Source: Octopus vulgaris
Lineage: Eukaryota
Length of the DNA: 64,000 nucleotides
Direction: 5' to 3'
NCBI GenBank assembly: GCA_951406725.2
Contig: OX597822.1
Coordinates: forward strand, 56,234,001-56,298,000
Below, piece by piece: positions 14,770 to 26,907 of the stretch. Within the stretch, counting starts at the first letter, position 1. Each line of letters begins with the position of its first letter. The position numbers and the translations under genes were made by a program. The notes beneath the pieces are model-generated. The model saw only the letters and a list, made by a program, of their open reading frames with translations, was not told the DNA's origin and ran no database searches.

Positions 14770-16600
14770 CCACGTTTACATCCCTTTTGCTCATTAAGGA
14801 ATATGCCACTTTCTATTAAAAAAACTATAGGTATAATCAGTCAAGACAGATGTTAGTATTTTATACATTGTTGTTGGGCAGGTTATGGGTCTATAACTTT
14901 TTGGTTCATTTAGTTTTTTTTTCATTTTTTGGAACTAGGAATGTATCACCATTAACTAGCCAAGAAGGAATGATACTAGGTTGTTGCAAAACATTGTTGT
15001 AAAGTTTTGTTAGCAGTTCATGATTCTCTGGGAAGGCATTCAACCAGAAGTCAGGACTTTTATCTTTTCTTGGAGTCTTCCATTTGCTTGACTTCCTGGG
15101 GAGCAAATCTTACATCCTCTACCTTGATACCCTCCTACTTTTGCTCTTCTAAGGAGTCTAAGTCAGTAGATACTCTATCACTCCAAGGGGCCTTTTTATT
15201 TTCTTCCACCCAAATTTTCCGCACTTCTTCTTTTGATATGACAGACATTACTGTAATTGGTATTTTCCCTATCTTCCATAAAAAGTTTTTGGGTTATTTT
15301 TGAACGTGTTGTAGTCCTTGAAGAATCTAACGCGCTTTTAATACGTGCTATGCGGGCAGCTTTAGCACGTACTTTTTGCTTGATAGTTTCTATGGTGGCA
15401 TCGATGTCAAGTATGGTTTTCATATTATACTTTTTCTTTAATTTTCGGATTTTGTTGGTTTGAGAGTCTTGTAAATCTTAATGTTTTTTAAACATTTTAT
15501 GTCACACCTAAATAGCTACATTTGGTGTTGAATACGGTCTTTCCAAGTAGGCTTTTGGTGGGAATGTTGTCGCTTGTAATCTTTTCACCACATAGAATCG
15601 TTGAGATTTTCGCGGATGCATAGTACAGGTGGTTGAGATCTGTTATATCATCATTAGCTGAAATTATATCCTTAAGTGCAAGGCGGATTTTAACTATTAT
15701 TTTCAGGTTTTGGTTAGAATTGCGGACTTTTGAGAGAGTGTCACGTTCATTCATACTAGTTTCTTTAATTATCAACCATTCAATCATAATTTGACTTTTT
15801 AGATCATCTAGTTCAGTTGGGTCAATTTCTGTATGAGATTTCTTCATTTATTTGATTTTCATCTGTCTTGGTATTTATGGTTGTTTCAGAAAGTATTTCA
15901 TTTTGCTTATCAGTTACATTGACTCTATCATTACTAGCATTACTGCATTTTCATAAGACCTGAGTTGGTCTATAATTATTTTCTCAGTAGTATCTTCTTT
16001 AGCTGCAATTTCGTTCATTTATCTCTTCCTGGTTATTTAATTTGGTCAAACTCTAATTTAGTTAATAATTTTTTTTCATGTTTCTTCTGATGTTGGCAAA
16101 TTTGTTACTTTCTATGTAGGATCTATTTCAAGGTGCTTCTGTCTCCTGTTGAAGTAGGATTTTTCAGTATTAGATTTATTTGTGGGAAATATAGGGCATG
16201 ATAGAAGACCTTACGAATTTCTTTATTATCTCTCCTTGACCATTTTCATTCTTTTTCTTTAGTTTATTTGATGACGAGCGTGGATGGCCATCTATTGGAA
16301 TATTCTGGATGTGAGGAACCTCCGGCTCCTGGGTTTCGGGAAGATTTGAACCAATAGCTGATTTTTCGATTCCAGTCTGGTTCCTCACTGGAGAGCGCGG
16401 CCTTTGTTGAACCGGGTGACGGCGGATTCGGTGTGTATTTGGCTTCGTTATTAATGAGGCATGTCGAGCTTGTACGTTGACATTAGGGGACGGATCTATC
16501 TGTTTAGAGTGAAGTTTTTGAAACAACACGCCTTCGAATTCTCTGAATGGAAACATTGCTCGTAACGTAGCTTCTTAAGGCTAACAAATCTGTATTCGTC
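14770..16600 (-). mobile_element. Degenerate R4/Dong-like LINE, 5' portion
   Basis: Broken ORFs DITDLNHLYYASAK, IETIKQKVRAKAARIAR, PDFWLNAF...IPSWLVNGDTFLVPK followed by a YRPITC-like segment, typical of the N-terminal RT region of RLE-LINEs. Confidence 0.65.
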
Positions 16601-17185
16601 TGTTTTCTTGTTTTTGTTTTTTTGACAGACTTATCTCCGAGCGTAGTTTTTTGTGATGTTTTTAAACTTATGAATTGTTCACTCTATGTTAGTTCGGAAA
16701 ATGAAAAACATTGTTTTGTTACTTTTTGCTTCGTTTGTGACACGTGTTTCCATATACGTGTATCTGGGTCCTGTAAATTTCACGTAGTTGTGTAAACATT
16801 GGGATGTTTGTATAGTTCTATGGGTATTAAAATGTACATAGGATTGTATAGACATTCGAGTGTATGCGTAATTAATCAATTTACGTACTTTTGTTCCACT
16901 TATATTTTATAATTTGTAAACCTTTCGATGTTGATTTCGTCTGTGTCTTTCGCACAGAGACATCGTGCATGGGAGAAACAGGGCTTTGTATGGCAGTAGA
17001 ATTTCGTTTTTGTGATTATTTTCGTTAAAAGGCCGCATCCTTCAAGTCTTCCACAGATTCCATTATCCCATTCCACCGATGTTATTAGATTAGATTTGTT
17101 TTGTATGGAGAGCCCGGTGTAGCACATCCATGCTGTAATCGTAGGACATCCTATGTTGTTGTTGATGTTATTAATATTATTATTA

Positions 17186-17273
<88 letters not shown>

Positions 17274-17516
17274 GTCGGAGAGAAGGAATTGGAGTGGGCA
17301 CTTGCTATTGGTGCTCAGGAAAATCTCGGACACTGGGGTTCCCCGATTACCCCTTTGGCTGGCCCGTGGTTGATAGCAAAAGGGACTTGCCAAACGTGCT
17401 ATGCAGTAGAGCTGAGGCTATAACGTTATGGCTGGAAAATAAACATCTTACCACATATCCAAGTTTGAACCCATGTATATGTGTGAATGTGTGTGTGTGC
17501 GTGTGTGTGTGTGAGT

Positions 17517-17574
<58 letters not shown>

Positions 17575-17631
17575 GCGAGAATAGAAAAAGCCCAACAAAG
17601 AACCAAAATGTCAGATAAAAATTAATCTTAC

Positions 17632-19109
17632 CCTGATTTAGAAAAGTTTGCAAAATAACTTGACATCATTTCTGATACGTATTTGTCTTCTGATGAATAA
17701 TTTTTTGCAAATATTTCATGAGAAAACACGTAATAAATATCGTTCGTGTGACTTACACCCTCCCCTTCTGGCCAGGGCGCAGAATTTGAGAGAAACTCAA
17801 AGGAATACATATAAAGGTTGGAATGGTTACTGAATACCCGGGCAAAGTTAATACCAGGGCATTTAAACATGTTATCTCCAAGTACCTGGTCTAATATGTA
17901 TGCGTATTTTTGAGTTTCAGAAGTGTAGACATGTGAACCATAAACATAAAAGATGGAATCAAGCTGCGCAGGACTTAATTCTGCTCCCAAATAATTTTTC
18001 ATTAATTTATGTGCGATAGATTTGTTTATCGGAGCAATTCCATTTGGTGTGAAATATTGCGGGTTAGTTAATAAAAGCATGAAAGTTCCTTCGTTTTTAA
18101 CAAATCCAATCAACACATCTTTTTTAATTGTTTTACTTTGCAGAACTTCGTTTGGACTCTTCTGTAAGAAATAGTTATCTATAATGGGGGAAAAGGGAAT
18201 TCCGCGCAATTCGTTAAAATTTTGATATTGTCCCACTGTTATTTTTTTAGCATCGGCTTTTAGAAAGCAATTTAACATACGCTCATCGTTCTCAGTTGGA
18301 CATTTCAGGAAAGCAGCCATTTCTTTCGCTCTATCAATATTTTCCTCTTTTGTCTTAAATACATTGTTAGTGTTAGGTGTCCCACTCATCATAATAGCAT
18401 TTCTGAAAAGATTTCGAGACTTTGGTGAAATAACATGCATACCAACAGATATTGCACCAGCACTTTGTCCAAATAGTGTCAGTTTATCAGGGTCTCCGCC
18501 GAATGATGCAATATTGTCGCGAATCCACTTGATGGCAAGGTTTTGATCAAGCAGTCCCATATTACCCGGAGCACGCTCGTCATTTAAAGAAAGGAAACCA
18601 AAGGGCCCTAGCCTGTAATTTATTGATGCAACGATAATATTTTGACTAACAGCTAACCATCGCCCATCTAACACATCCTTCGCGCTTGATCCAGAAATAA
18701 ATCCACCTCCATATATCCAGATCATCGTGGTTAAATTTGAACGGGTCTTCCGTGCTTCTGTTGGCGCCCAAATATTTAAATAAAGACAGTCTTCACTTAA
18801 ATTACTTTCCCACAGATCTACATCTGCAGTATCATTAGAATTATCAGTTATAGGTTGTTCACATGATGAAGCATATTTCTTCGTTTCTTTTATACCACTC
18901 CACCGTTCAATTTCTTCAGGTCTTTTAAATCTTAGATTACCAACAGGAGGCTTAGCAAATGGTATTCCAAGAAATACATCAAGATCAAAATTCTGAACTG
19001 AAATTGTTGATCCATTAATTTTTCCAGTGGTAGTATCAATTATAGGGTCTTGTGCATGAGCGTAAATTTTAAAAAGAGAAATTATGAGAATATACTTCAA
19101 TTCTTCCAT
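17632..19109 (-). CDS. Cholinesterase-like carboxylesterase paralogue A, large first coding exon
   Basis: Signal peptide MEELKYILIISLFKIYAHA, FLGIPFAKPP, SEDCLYLNIW, oxyanion hole WIYGGGF, nucleophile elbow FGQSAG, acid GFVKNEG, His in GVSHTND. Splice acceptor ttctttcag lies 30 nt upstream of the ATG (exon starts at 19139). Phase-2 donor tcagg|gtaag at 17631/17632. Confidence 0.93.
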
Positions 19110-19267
19110 GATATGAGTGGCTCAACTATTCACGAAATTCTGAAAGAATAAAGCAAAAGAAACATATTGAAATAACGTTTTTGAATGAGTCTTCGAATGA
19201 CATTATATCTGAGTCAATATATCTGAGATCTATCTATCTGTCTTTCTATCTATCTCACTCTCTCTCA

Positions 19268-19384
<117 letters not shown>

Positions 19385-19553
19385 GTTGCCTATCTGTCTA
19401 CCGATCTATCTGGCTACATATCTATCTATTAGTCTATCTATCTATCTACCTATCTCTTTATCTGTCTATGTATTTATCTTTATGTGTGATTGTGTGTTTG
19501 CTTCTATGTGTTTACATATCTTTTAATCCTGGATATTAGCGAGGAGTCGATGA

Positions 19554-19604
<51 letters not shown>

Positions 19605-19625
19605 GTATATCTCTCTCTCCCTTTT

Positions 19626-19659
<34 letters not shown>

Positions 19660-19660
19660 A

Positions 19661-19695
<35 letters not shown>

Positions 19696-20211
19696 TGCAT
19701 ACATACATACATACATACATACATACATACATACATACATACATACATACATACATACATACATACATACATACATACATGCTTCTATGGACATTTTTAA
19801 GGACACTTACTCGCAGTCGACCATATATGTGAACGAGATTTCTTGCGCATGATAAACAGGAAATAATCAATAATCATTCATCGGTATTACGAATTGCCGC
19901 CCGAATATGGCGTCCTTGCTAGACGCTACTGGCATGATTTTCATTTCCTTACGTTATATATTGTATTTTTAAATATAGCACGTCTAGAAGAGATGTTATA
20001 TCAGGATGAAATGTCACAATAAGTCGCCTTTCAACGGTGTATTTAAATTGAGTATGATACATAGATTGTTATTTTAATCCAATACTTTTATCTTTGCATA
20101 TAACTTATTTCATTCAGCCGGGAATCTAACTGAAATATCAGTGAACATTTATGGTTATTTTAATCCAAATATGTTTATATTGCATATAACTGATAAATAT
20201 GTGATCAATAT

Positions 20212-20422
20212 AAGGCGACAAACTGGCAGAATAGTTAGAACGTCGGGCGAAATTCTTAACAGGAATTAGTTTGTTTTTACCTTGAGTTTAAATTCCGCCG
20301 GGGTCGACTCGGCCTTTTATTCTTTCGGAGTCGATTAATTAAGTACCACTTGAGCACTGGTGTCATTGTAATCGACTTAAGCATTCCCCCAACTTGGTGG
20401 CCTTGTGCCAAAATTTAGAACC
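20212..20422 (+). mobile_element. Second SINE family with Meta-domain-like core (other copies near 54115-54328 +, 8340-8506 -, 60582-60660 +)
   Basis: Shared ctggcagaat.gttag...gcgaaat.ctta...aaattccgcc.gggtcgact...cttt.atcctttcggggtcgataaa.taagtacc consensus across copies. Confidence 0.7.
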
Positions 20423-21130
20423 AAATATTGTATAATCAATGCTACAAAATCATTGCTTATATTTACGTTTTCCGTTTCAGTTTGTGCGAAACACATGCTT
20501 CTTCTAAAACCCTGTCTCTTTCGTTACCTTCATATAGTCGGTAGCTGAGTGAGTGCTGGCTAAGTTAACTGTGTAGAATCTCAGAATAGAAGCGCTAAGC
20601 AGTGGTGTGTATAAATATCAGTTCAAATATGATTGAGTCATATTCGAACTCGTACGAAAACCATTCGTTGATGAATGCATGCATTTTTGAGTGGTTATCT
20701 CCTCCTTAGTATCAGATACTAAGAGGAGGACGATACGAACAAGCAAGAAACATACACCTCTCGTTTCCCGTCATCACTCTGTGTGTGGTTGTGCTAATCG
20801 GTTACTAACCGTACGTAAAATACGTAACAGAAGATGTAAGCAGTGATGTGTATGAATACAAATGCGTTACGAGTTTAAATATGCTTTAAAAGGGTAAAGA
20901 CTCCCTTCGGTCATGAATGACCAAGAAAGTCCCCCTCCGAGACACAAGTCCGAGCAAGGTCGCTCATGGAAGACCATCAATCATCCACCATGCAGACCAG
21001 CTTCCCCTCTCAACGCCACCGATGCTTTCTTACGTGTTCGAAAATGCCTCAAGCATATTTGAACTATTAACATCCAATTATTTAAATTATTTACATTTGA
21101 CGGATATTTGTCCTCATCTTGTTTGTTGTT

Positions 21131-21176
21131 AACACAACGTTTCGGTTGATATACCCTCCATCATTCATCGGGTGTC
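21131..21176 (-). ncRNA. Minimal hammerhead motif, C4 variant, partly degenerate
   Basis: GACAC CCGAUGA ..UGAU-loop-AUCA.. GAAAC GUU GUGUU. Confidence 0.55.
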
Positions 21177-21871
21177 TTGGGGAAAATTCGAACCTAGGGT
21201 CTCATTCCTAAGGTATTTTTCGATATTATTATTATTAATAATGTAAATAATGTAAATAATGAACATAATTCCTCATCTCTTAAGTATAGAACTGTAGTAA
21301 CATACAATATATAGATTCTTTTATTCTTTTACTTGTTTCAGTCATTTTTCTGCGGTCAAGATAGGGCACCGCCTTGGAAGGGTTTAGTCGAACGAACGAC
21401 CTTAGTACTTATCCCTTAAGGTTTTTTTTGCTGAGCCGCTAAGTTACCGAGACGTAAACACACCGTAAACACCCGACTTAAATACACCGCCGATAGTTGT
21501 TGTTGACAAAAAACGGCAGTAATTTTATTCAGCTGATTGGTTGAAATTACCGTAATGCGAGAACTTAAACGTGAAATAACTTCGTAAATATAAGTTTTTC
21601 TCAAATATGCTAAGGGTAAAAGATGTTTTATATTGACACATTCTACTAGTGTCCGAAGTTTGAACGTGTTTATTTACAAAAAAATATTTTTAAATCTGTA
21701 GGTCAAAAGGTAAAGATCCATATATATATATATATATATTAATAAAAAGAATTCCAACCTTGTCTGATTTTCACGTTTTATTTACAATCTTATAATGATA
21801 TATTATAAGATAATATATTATAATTGAATAAAATAAAATGAAATAGTAGAATGTTAAATATTCATTCTGAT

Positions 21872-21916
21872 TGAACTAGTACTTTCATGCATTGAATTCT
21901 GCAATCTTCGGGTTCA
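21872..21916 (-). ncRNA. Minimal hammerhead motif in Penelope A 3' region, C4 variant
   Basis: UGAAC CCGAAGA U-UGCA-loop-UGCA-U GAAAG-UA-CUA GUUCA; palindromic AGUACU. Confidence 0.75.
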
Positions 21917-22410
21917 TGTAGTAGTGTTGACAGTCATGCTTCACAATTTTTGACTGTAGCAAGATGAGTGATTCTGTGCTATAAATACAGCTGGGTAGGC
22001 TCCAGAGTGCTAGGTTTTGCAAACTGTATTCTGACCAATCAGTGTGTAGTATCACTCAATTACTTAAGCTGATTGGTTGGTTGAGCTGATTGGTTTAGGC
22101 ATCACGCTTTGTTGGACAGGTCAAGAGTCCTGTATCTTGACCCTGGCCGAAGCAGCAATTGTTGGGTTATTTTTAGAAATGTTGTAAATATCCTTTGTCA
22201 GAGATTTTTATATTTTTATATTTCAATTGTCATCATCATCATTGTCAGCACCTTAATTATTGTTGCTAGTGGTGATGGTGGTGGCAATAGAACTTTTAAC
22301 CCTAAATAAGATAATTTTCCTGCTATCTTCGTCTTGATCACCTTTAGTATTGTTGTTGTTGTTAGTGGTCATGGTCGTAGCAGTGGAAGTAATACCTCTA
22401 AGTATTATTA

Positions 22411-24723
22411 TTATTGCTTATTTAGCTTGGGTTCGAATTTATCAATAAAATTCTTTTCTCTGATTTTCCTCTCGATTTCACTTGGGCTGTGTAATTTGTA
22501 GAATGGAAATATTATATATATTTTCCGACCACATGTTGCTAGGTGGTTACTCAAAGGTATCTGACGGACCTCTGGGTCTCTAATCTGTTGCCGGTGTACA
22601 CGTGAGCGTTCTAATAGTGCGTTTCCCGTCTGACCTACATATATTTCTTCACAATTTGGGCATTTGATGCAGTAAATTAAATTTCTGCTTTTGCAGTTCA
22701 TATTCGCGTTTGTGAATATTTTCCCGGTTTTTGTGTTTATATATTGACCGGTATGTATGAATTGGCATGTGCCACATCGGCTATCATTGCATTTAGATAC
22801 CGTGAATGTTTGGTCTTTGTTGCTGAGGTCAAATTTTGCCTTTGTTAGTAATGTTTTCAAGTTTTTAGGCTGTCTTTTACTAAGCACCATAGCTCGATCC
22901 TTGATTATGTCTTTTAATTCATTACTTTGGGCAATGATTGGTAGGTTTGCTTTGGCAATGTTGAAGATATTCTGGTGACATGGGTTGTGTGTCACTATGA
23001 ATGGTATGACTTGTTCTTGTTTTCCTCTTCCTTGGGTTGTCCTAAGTTGTTGTATAGGTATTTTTATAGCCCGCTGTATGCCATTTTCTATAAGTAGAGA
23101 TGGGTATTTTTGTTTGAGCAAAAATTCTCTTAGTTCTATTAGGCGTTTGTTCCTGATATTTGCATCTTCTACAATAGTACAAATTCTTCTGGCTAGGCAG
23201 TATGGGATGTTACGTTTTGTATGTGGTGGATGGCACGACTTAAAATTTAGGTATTGATGTGTGTCTGTGTGTTTATAGTATATATCTGTGGTGATGGTGG
23301 TGTCTTTTTTAATTACCATTATATCCAGGAATGGTAATTTGGTACTACTCATCTCCTTTGTAAATTTGAGAGATGGGTGTAGGTTGTTCAGGAGGATATT
23401 GAACTCTTCCAGAGTATTTAGAGATTCTGTCCAGATTATGAAACAGTCGTCTAGGTATCTCTTCCATGCATTTTCAATATACTTTCTAAATCCAGTGCCA
23501 TAGTTTACCTCCACCTCTTGGTAGAGTTGTTCTTCTAAGTATCCCATTACAGAGTTGGCGTAAACGGGAGCAAACCTCGTTCCCATCGCCGTGCCTCTAA
23601 TTTGGATGTAATTCTTTCCATTGAAGAAGAATGTGTTATTTTCTAGAATAAGTTTGACTGTGTCTAATATAAATGGCACTGTGAATCTGCTGGGAATCAC
23701 TTCTCTATGTTTTTCTAACCAGTATTTAATCGCCTTTATTCCTAAATCGTGTGGAATATTGGTGTAGAGGCTTACCACATCAAAACTTAGTAAAACTGAA
23801 TTTGTTTCTGTTGTTTTGGGAAGATGGGACAGGAAGTCGATGTCATCCCTGATGAAACTTGGTATGTAAGTACATAGTGGTTTCAAAACAATGTCAATAA
23901 AATTGCTTAGACGGTGTGTAGGGCATGCTGGACCAGCTATAATAGGTCTAAGTTTTAGGTCTTTTGGATGTAATAATTTTATGTACTCACTTTCTTGTTC
24001 TTTTACTGCCTGTTGAATGTTTTTTGATTTGTGTATTTTTGGTAAGCCGTAGAAGTTGCTGGGTTTTGGTTCAAAATTGGTGATGTAGTCTTTTTCATTA
24101 TCCGTAAGTGAGTTGTGGTGTGTTGAAATCAGGTTGTTGATCTTTTTCATGATGTGGTGGTCTATATTTGCGGGTATTTCACAATAGAAGGTTGTATCCT
24201 TCAGTTGGTCTTCAACCAAATCCTTATAGTATTCGGTATCCATAATAACAATTGCACCACCTTTATCTGCTTGTTTAATTATTATTGTTTGATCGTTTTG
24301 TATACGTTTACATGCAGACATCTCTGATTTGCTAATGTTTGGCCTAACATTGGTATTGCGTCTAAGGGGAAATTTAGACAGGATATCAATGTATTGGTCA
24401 AGGTAGTTATTTCTTCCTTTTGGTGGGGTGAAATTTGATTTATTCTTTACTAGGGATTCATCAATCTCATTACTTTTGTTAGCGAAGAATTCTACAAGTC
24501 GTAATTTTCGACAGAATTTTTGGATATCCTCCTTTAATTCTTGGTGGTTGGCTGTTGGTGTAGGTGTGAATTTCAGTCCTTTTGACAGAAGTTGGATTTC
24601 ATCATTGTCAAGATCTCTTTTTGATAAATTAATTATTTTAGGATCTATACGTTCAGTTGTTTGGGGTATGTTTCCTCTTGGATTTTTTCTTTCTCCGGTG
24701 TTTGTTGTCCTGACGTAAAAAAA
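22411..24723 (-). CDS. Penelope A RT/GIY-YIG ORF (frame open about 400 nt upstream of the first ATG at 24321)
   Basis: The same frame continues upstream without stops as ...IINLSKRDLDNDEIQLLSKGLKFTPTP...ELKEDIQKFCRKLRL..., back to a T7 run at 24717-24723 that overlaps the basic upstream ORF 24645-25043. Confidence 0.88.
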   Translation of the reverse strand, partial: FFYVRTTNTGERKNPRGNIPQTTERIDPKIINLSKRDLDNDEIQLLSKGLKFTPTPTANHQELKEDIQKFCRKLRLVEFFANKSNEIDESLVKNKSNFTPPKGRNNYLDQYIDILSKFPLRRNTNVRPNISKSEMSACKRIQNDQTIIIKQADKGGAIVIMDTEYYKDLVEDQLKDTTFYCEIPANIDHHIMKKINNLISTHHNSLTDNEKDYITNFEPKPSNFYGLPKIHKSKNIQQAVKEQESEYIKLLHPKDLKLRPIIAGPACPTHRLSNFIDIVLKPLCTYIPSFIRDDIDFLSHLPKTTETNSVLLSFDVVSLYTNIPHDLGIKAIKYWLEKHREVIPSRFTVPFILDTVKLILENNTFFFNGKNYIQIRGTAMGTRFAPVYANSVMGYLEEQLYQEVEVNYGTGFRKYIENAWKRYLDDCFIIWTESLNTLEEFNILLNNLHPSLKFTKEMSSTKLPFLDIMVIKKDTTITTDIYYKHTDTHQYLNFKSCHPPHTKRNIPYCLARRICTIVEDANIRNKRLIELREFLLKQKYPSLLIENGIQRAIKIPIQQLRTTQGRGKQEQVIPFIVTHNPCHQNIFNIAKANLPIIAQSNELKDIIKDRAMVLSKRQPKNLKTLLTKAKFDLSNKDQTFTVSKCNDSRCGTCQFIHTGQYINTKTGKIFTNANMNCKSRNLIYCIKCPNCEEIYVGQTGNALLERSRVHRQQIRDPEVRQIPLSNHLATCGRKIYIIFPFYKLHSPSEIERKIREKNFIDKFEPKLNKQ

Positions 24724-25289
24724 TGGATTTTTTTCTGGTTATGATTTATATTCCTGTTGATGTTTGCTTGATGAATTTTGCGTTTTGGTTGTGGTACTTT
24801 ACTTGGTTTCGTTATGTTTTCTGTCTTGTTTTTGGTATTATGTATGCTACTTTTCAATTTCTTGTTAGCATTGTTTTTAACCACCTGGAGAAATGATCTG
24901 GGTTTACTTCTAGATCTAGATCGGTTTTTTGTCCAGTTTCTTGTGGGTAATCTCTGTTGAGGTCTTGAAAATGATCTCCTGTTATTTCTACTGCTAATGG
25001 TCTGTTCAAAACAATATCTATTTTGTTTGTGCTTTTTGTTCATGTTGTGTGCATTAGGGTGTTTGCATACAAAATGGGAAGAGTTCTTACCGTAGTTCGT
25101 CTTCGATTCGTGGTGAAACGGGTGTTCATGTTGCCACGTGTTCTGGTGTATGTTGCGTTGGTGAGGTTGTCCACTTTTAATGCTATTTCTCGGAGTTCTG
25201 GTGTCTTTACCGTAATTTGTAGCATATTTGTCGAGAAATAATTGTTTCCGCTGCCAAAACTTTCTTATATATATATATATATATATATA

Positions 25290-26098
25290 CTAACAATATA
25301 GGATGAAGTCCCTTTCTCTACAGAAAAGGATTCCATCAAAAACGTGGCAGTATATTAAAAAAACCTTTACGGTTGAAGTATAAACATCTTATAATTAAGG
25401 GCTAAAGAAGGTTATTCTATAGCCAATACACTGAATATATCCTTTATAGGGATTAATTCCGAAATTGATTCAACATAGAGATAACGAAATTTAAATTTTC
25501 TAAAGGTTAGTTGCCCGCTTTCAGTTCAATTTTCCTGTAACAAGTGGATTATAAGTGGATAAATCAGTGTATTGGCTATAGAATAACCTTCTTTAGCCCT
25601 TAATTATAAGATGTTTATACTTCAACCGTAAATGGGTTTTTTTTAATAAACTGCCACGCTTTTTGATGGAATCCTTTTCTGTAGAGAAAGGGACTTCATC
25701 CTATATTGTTAGTAGTAAACTCACTGCTTGTTACAAGGGGACCGGTAACCATTACAATATGTAGCGGCGATAGGTCAACACGTTGTTCTGAGACTGACCA
25801 AGGAATTTTTATATTTAGATATAAATGATGTACTTAAATGTAGTTGTGTTTTTAGCTTCTGCTTTTTCCATGATTACATGTGAGTATTTTATTTATGTTC
25901 CCTCGTAAGGTCTACTGAAGAAGAATATATCCTTTATAGGGATTAATTCCGAAATTGATTCAATATAGAGATAACGAAATTTAAATTTTCTAAAGGTTAG
26001 TTGCCCGCTTTCAGTTCAATTTTCCTGTAACAAGTGGATTATAAGTGGATAAATCAGTGTATTGGCTATAGAATAACTTTCTTTAGCCCTTAATTATA

Positions 26099-26100
<2 letters not shown>
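25290..26100. mobile_element. Non-coding retrozyme-like element (490-bp unit) in (TA)n
   Basis: Direct repeat starts at 25433 and 25923. 25290-25434 is the reverse complement of 25564-25712. Hammerhead at 25911-25969. Confidence 0.78.
25911..25969 (+). ncRNA. Type-I hammerhead motif, canonical CUGAAGA core
   Basis: UCUA CUGAAGA long stem II GAAA-UUGA-U-UCAA-UA UAGA. Confidence 0.7.
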
Positions 26101-26172
<72 letters not shown>

Positions 26173-26377
26173 GCGTGCGTGTGAGTGTGTGTGTGTTTCT
26201 ATATATATGTATTACGTGTATTATTTACATATATATATATATATCTTAGATAAAAATTATTAACTATGAAAGTCAAAAGGAGAATACTCATGAAAACCCA
26301 AAAATAAACCGGAAATAGTTAATCATACCACTGCAACAAAAATAACAAACCCTTCTTTCATATATAACCCAAGGACG

Positions 26378-26411
26378 TGTGTTTGAAAAGATAATCGAAA
26401 GCGCTTACACA
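26378..26411 (+). ncRNA. Ultra-minimal (34 nt) hammerhead motif, U3-A8 variant
   Basis: UGUGU UUGAAAA GAU-A-AUC GAAAG-CG-CUU ACACA; palindromic AGCGCU. Confidence 0.65.
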
Positions 26412-26536
26412 GGCTCAAAAAAAACTGCCTCTACAAAGGTTAGTGACGTTCTGATGAAGAATTCACAACTTTCTGTAGAAAATAATTTTAAATAATGTTT
26501 TGTTGTTAGCGAAACTGTATTAAGCAGCTTTCACCA

Positions 26537-26582
<46 letters not shown>

Positions 26583-26584
<2 letters not shown>

Positions 26585-26851
26585 TTAGGAATTTGTATTG
26601 CAAGATTTCTGATGTAAAACCGTTTGTTGAAACAGCTACTATTATATTTCGAGTTGGACATTTCTTTTTCCGATTGAACACACGGAGTATATGTTCGTTC
26701 TTCAATCTTTTCTTACTGATCTTATTTTATGTCCATTGTCTGGAAATCTTTCGTCGCACGTCTTTGACCTCTTCAGCGACACTTTCCACCAACACCGTTT
26801 TGTACATTTTGTCCTTCTATGATGCGCTTCCTTATTTGGGACTGCGTATGT

Positions 26852-26907
<56 letters not shown>

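Larger units (their letters stand above)
21740..25265 (-). mobile_element. Penelope-like retroelement A (Neptune-type domain order), 5'-truncated, flanked by (TA)n
   Basis: RT motifs IKQADKGG, FDVVSLYTNI, GTAMG, RYLDD, LPFLD; Cys linker C..RCGTC; GIY-YIG-type LIYCIKC..C..IYVGQT. A hammerhead motif lies in the 3' region. TA tracts occur at both ends. Confidence 0.92.

Noticed and set aside
17628-19109. Intronless (retrocopy or horizontally acquired) esterase ending at SG*
   Set aside because: The apparent stop lies within the GTAAG splice donor; downstream exons complete the protein.
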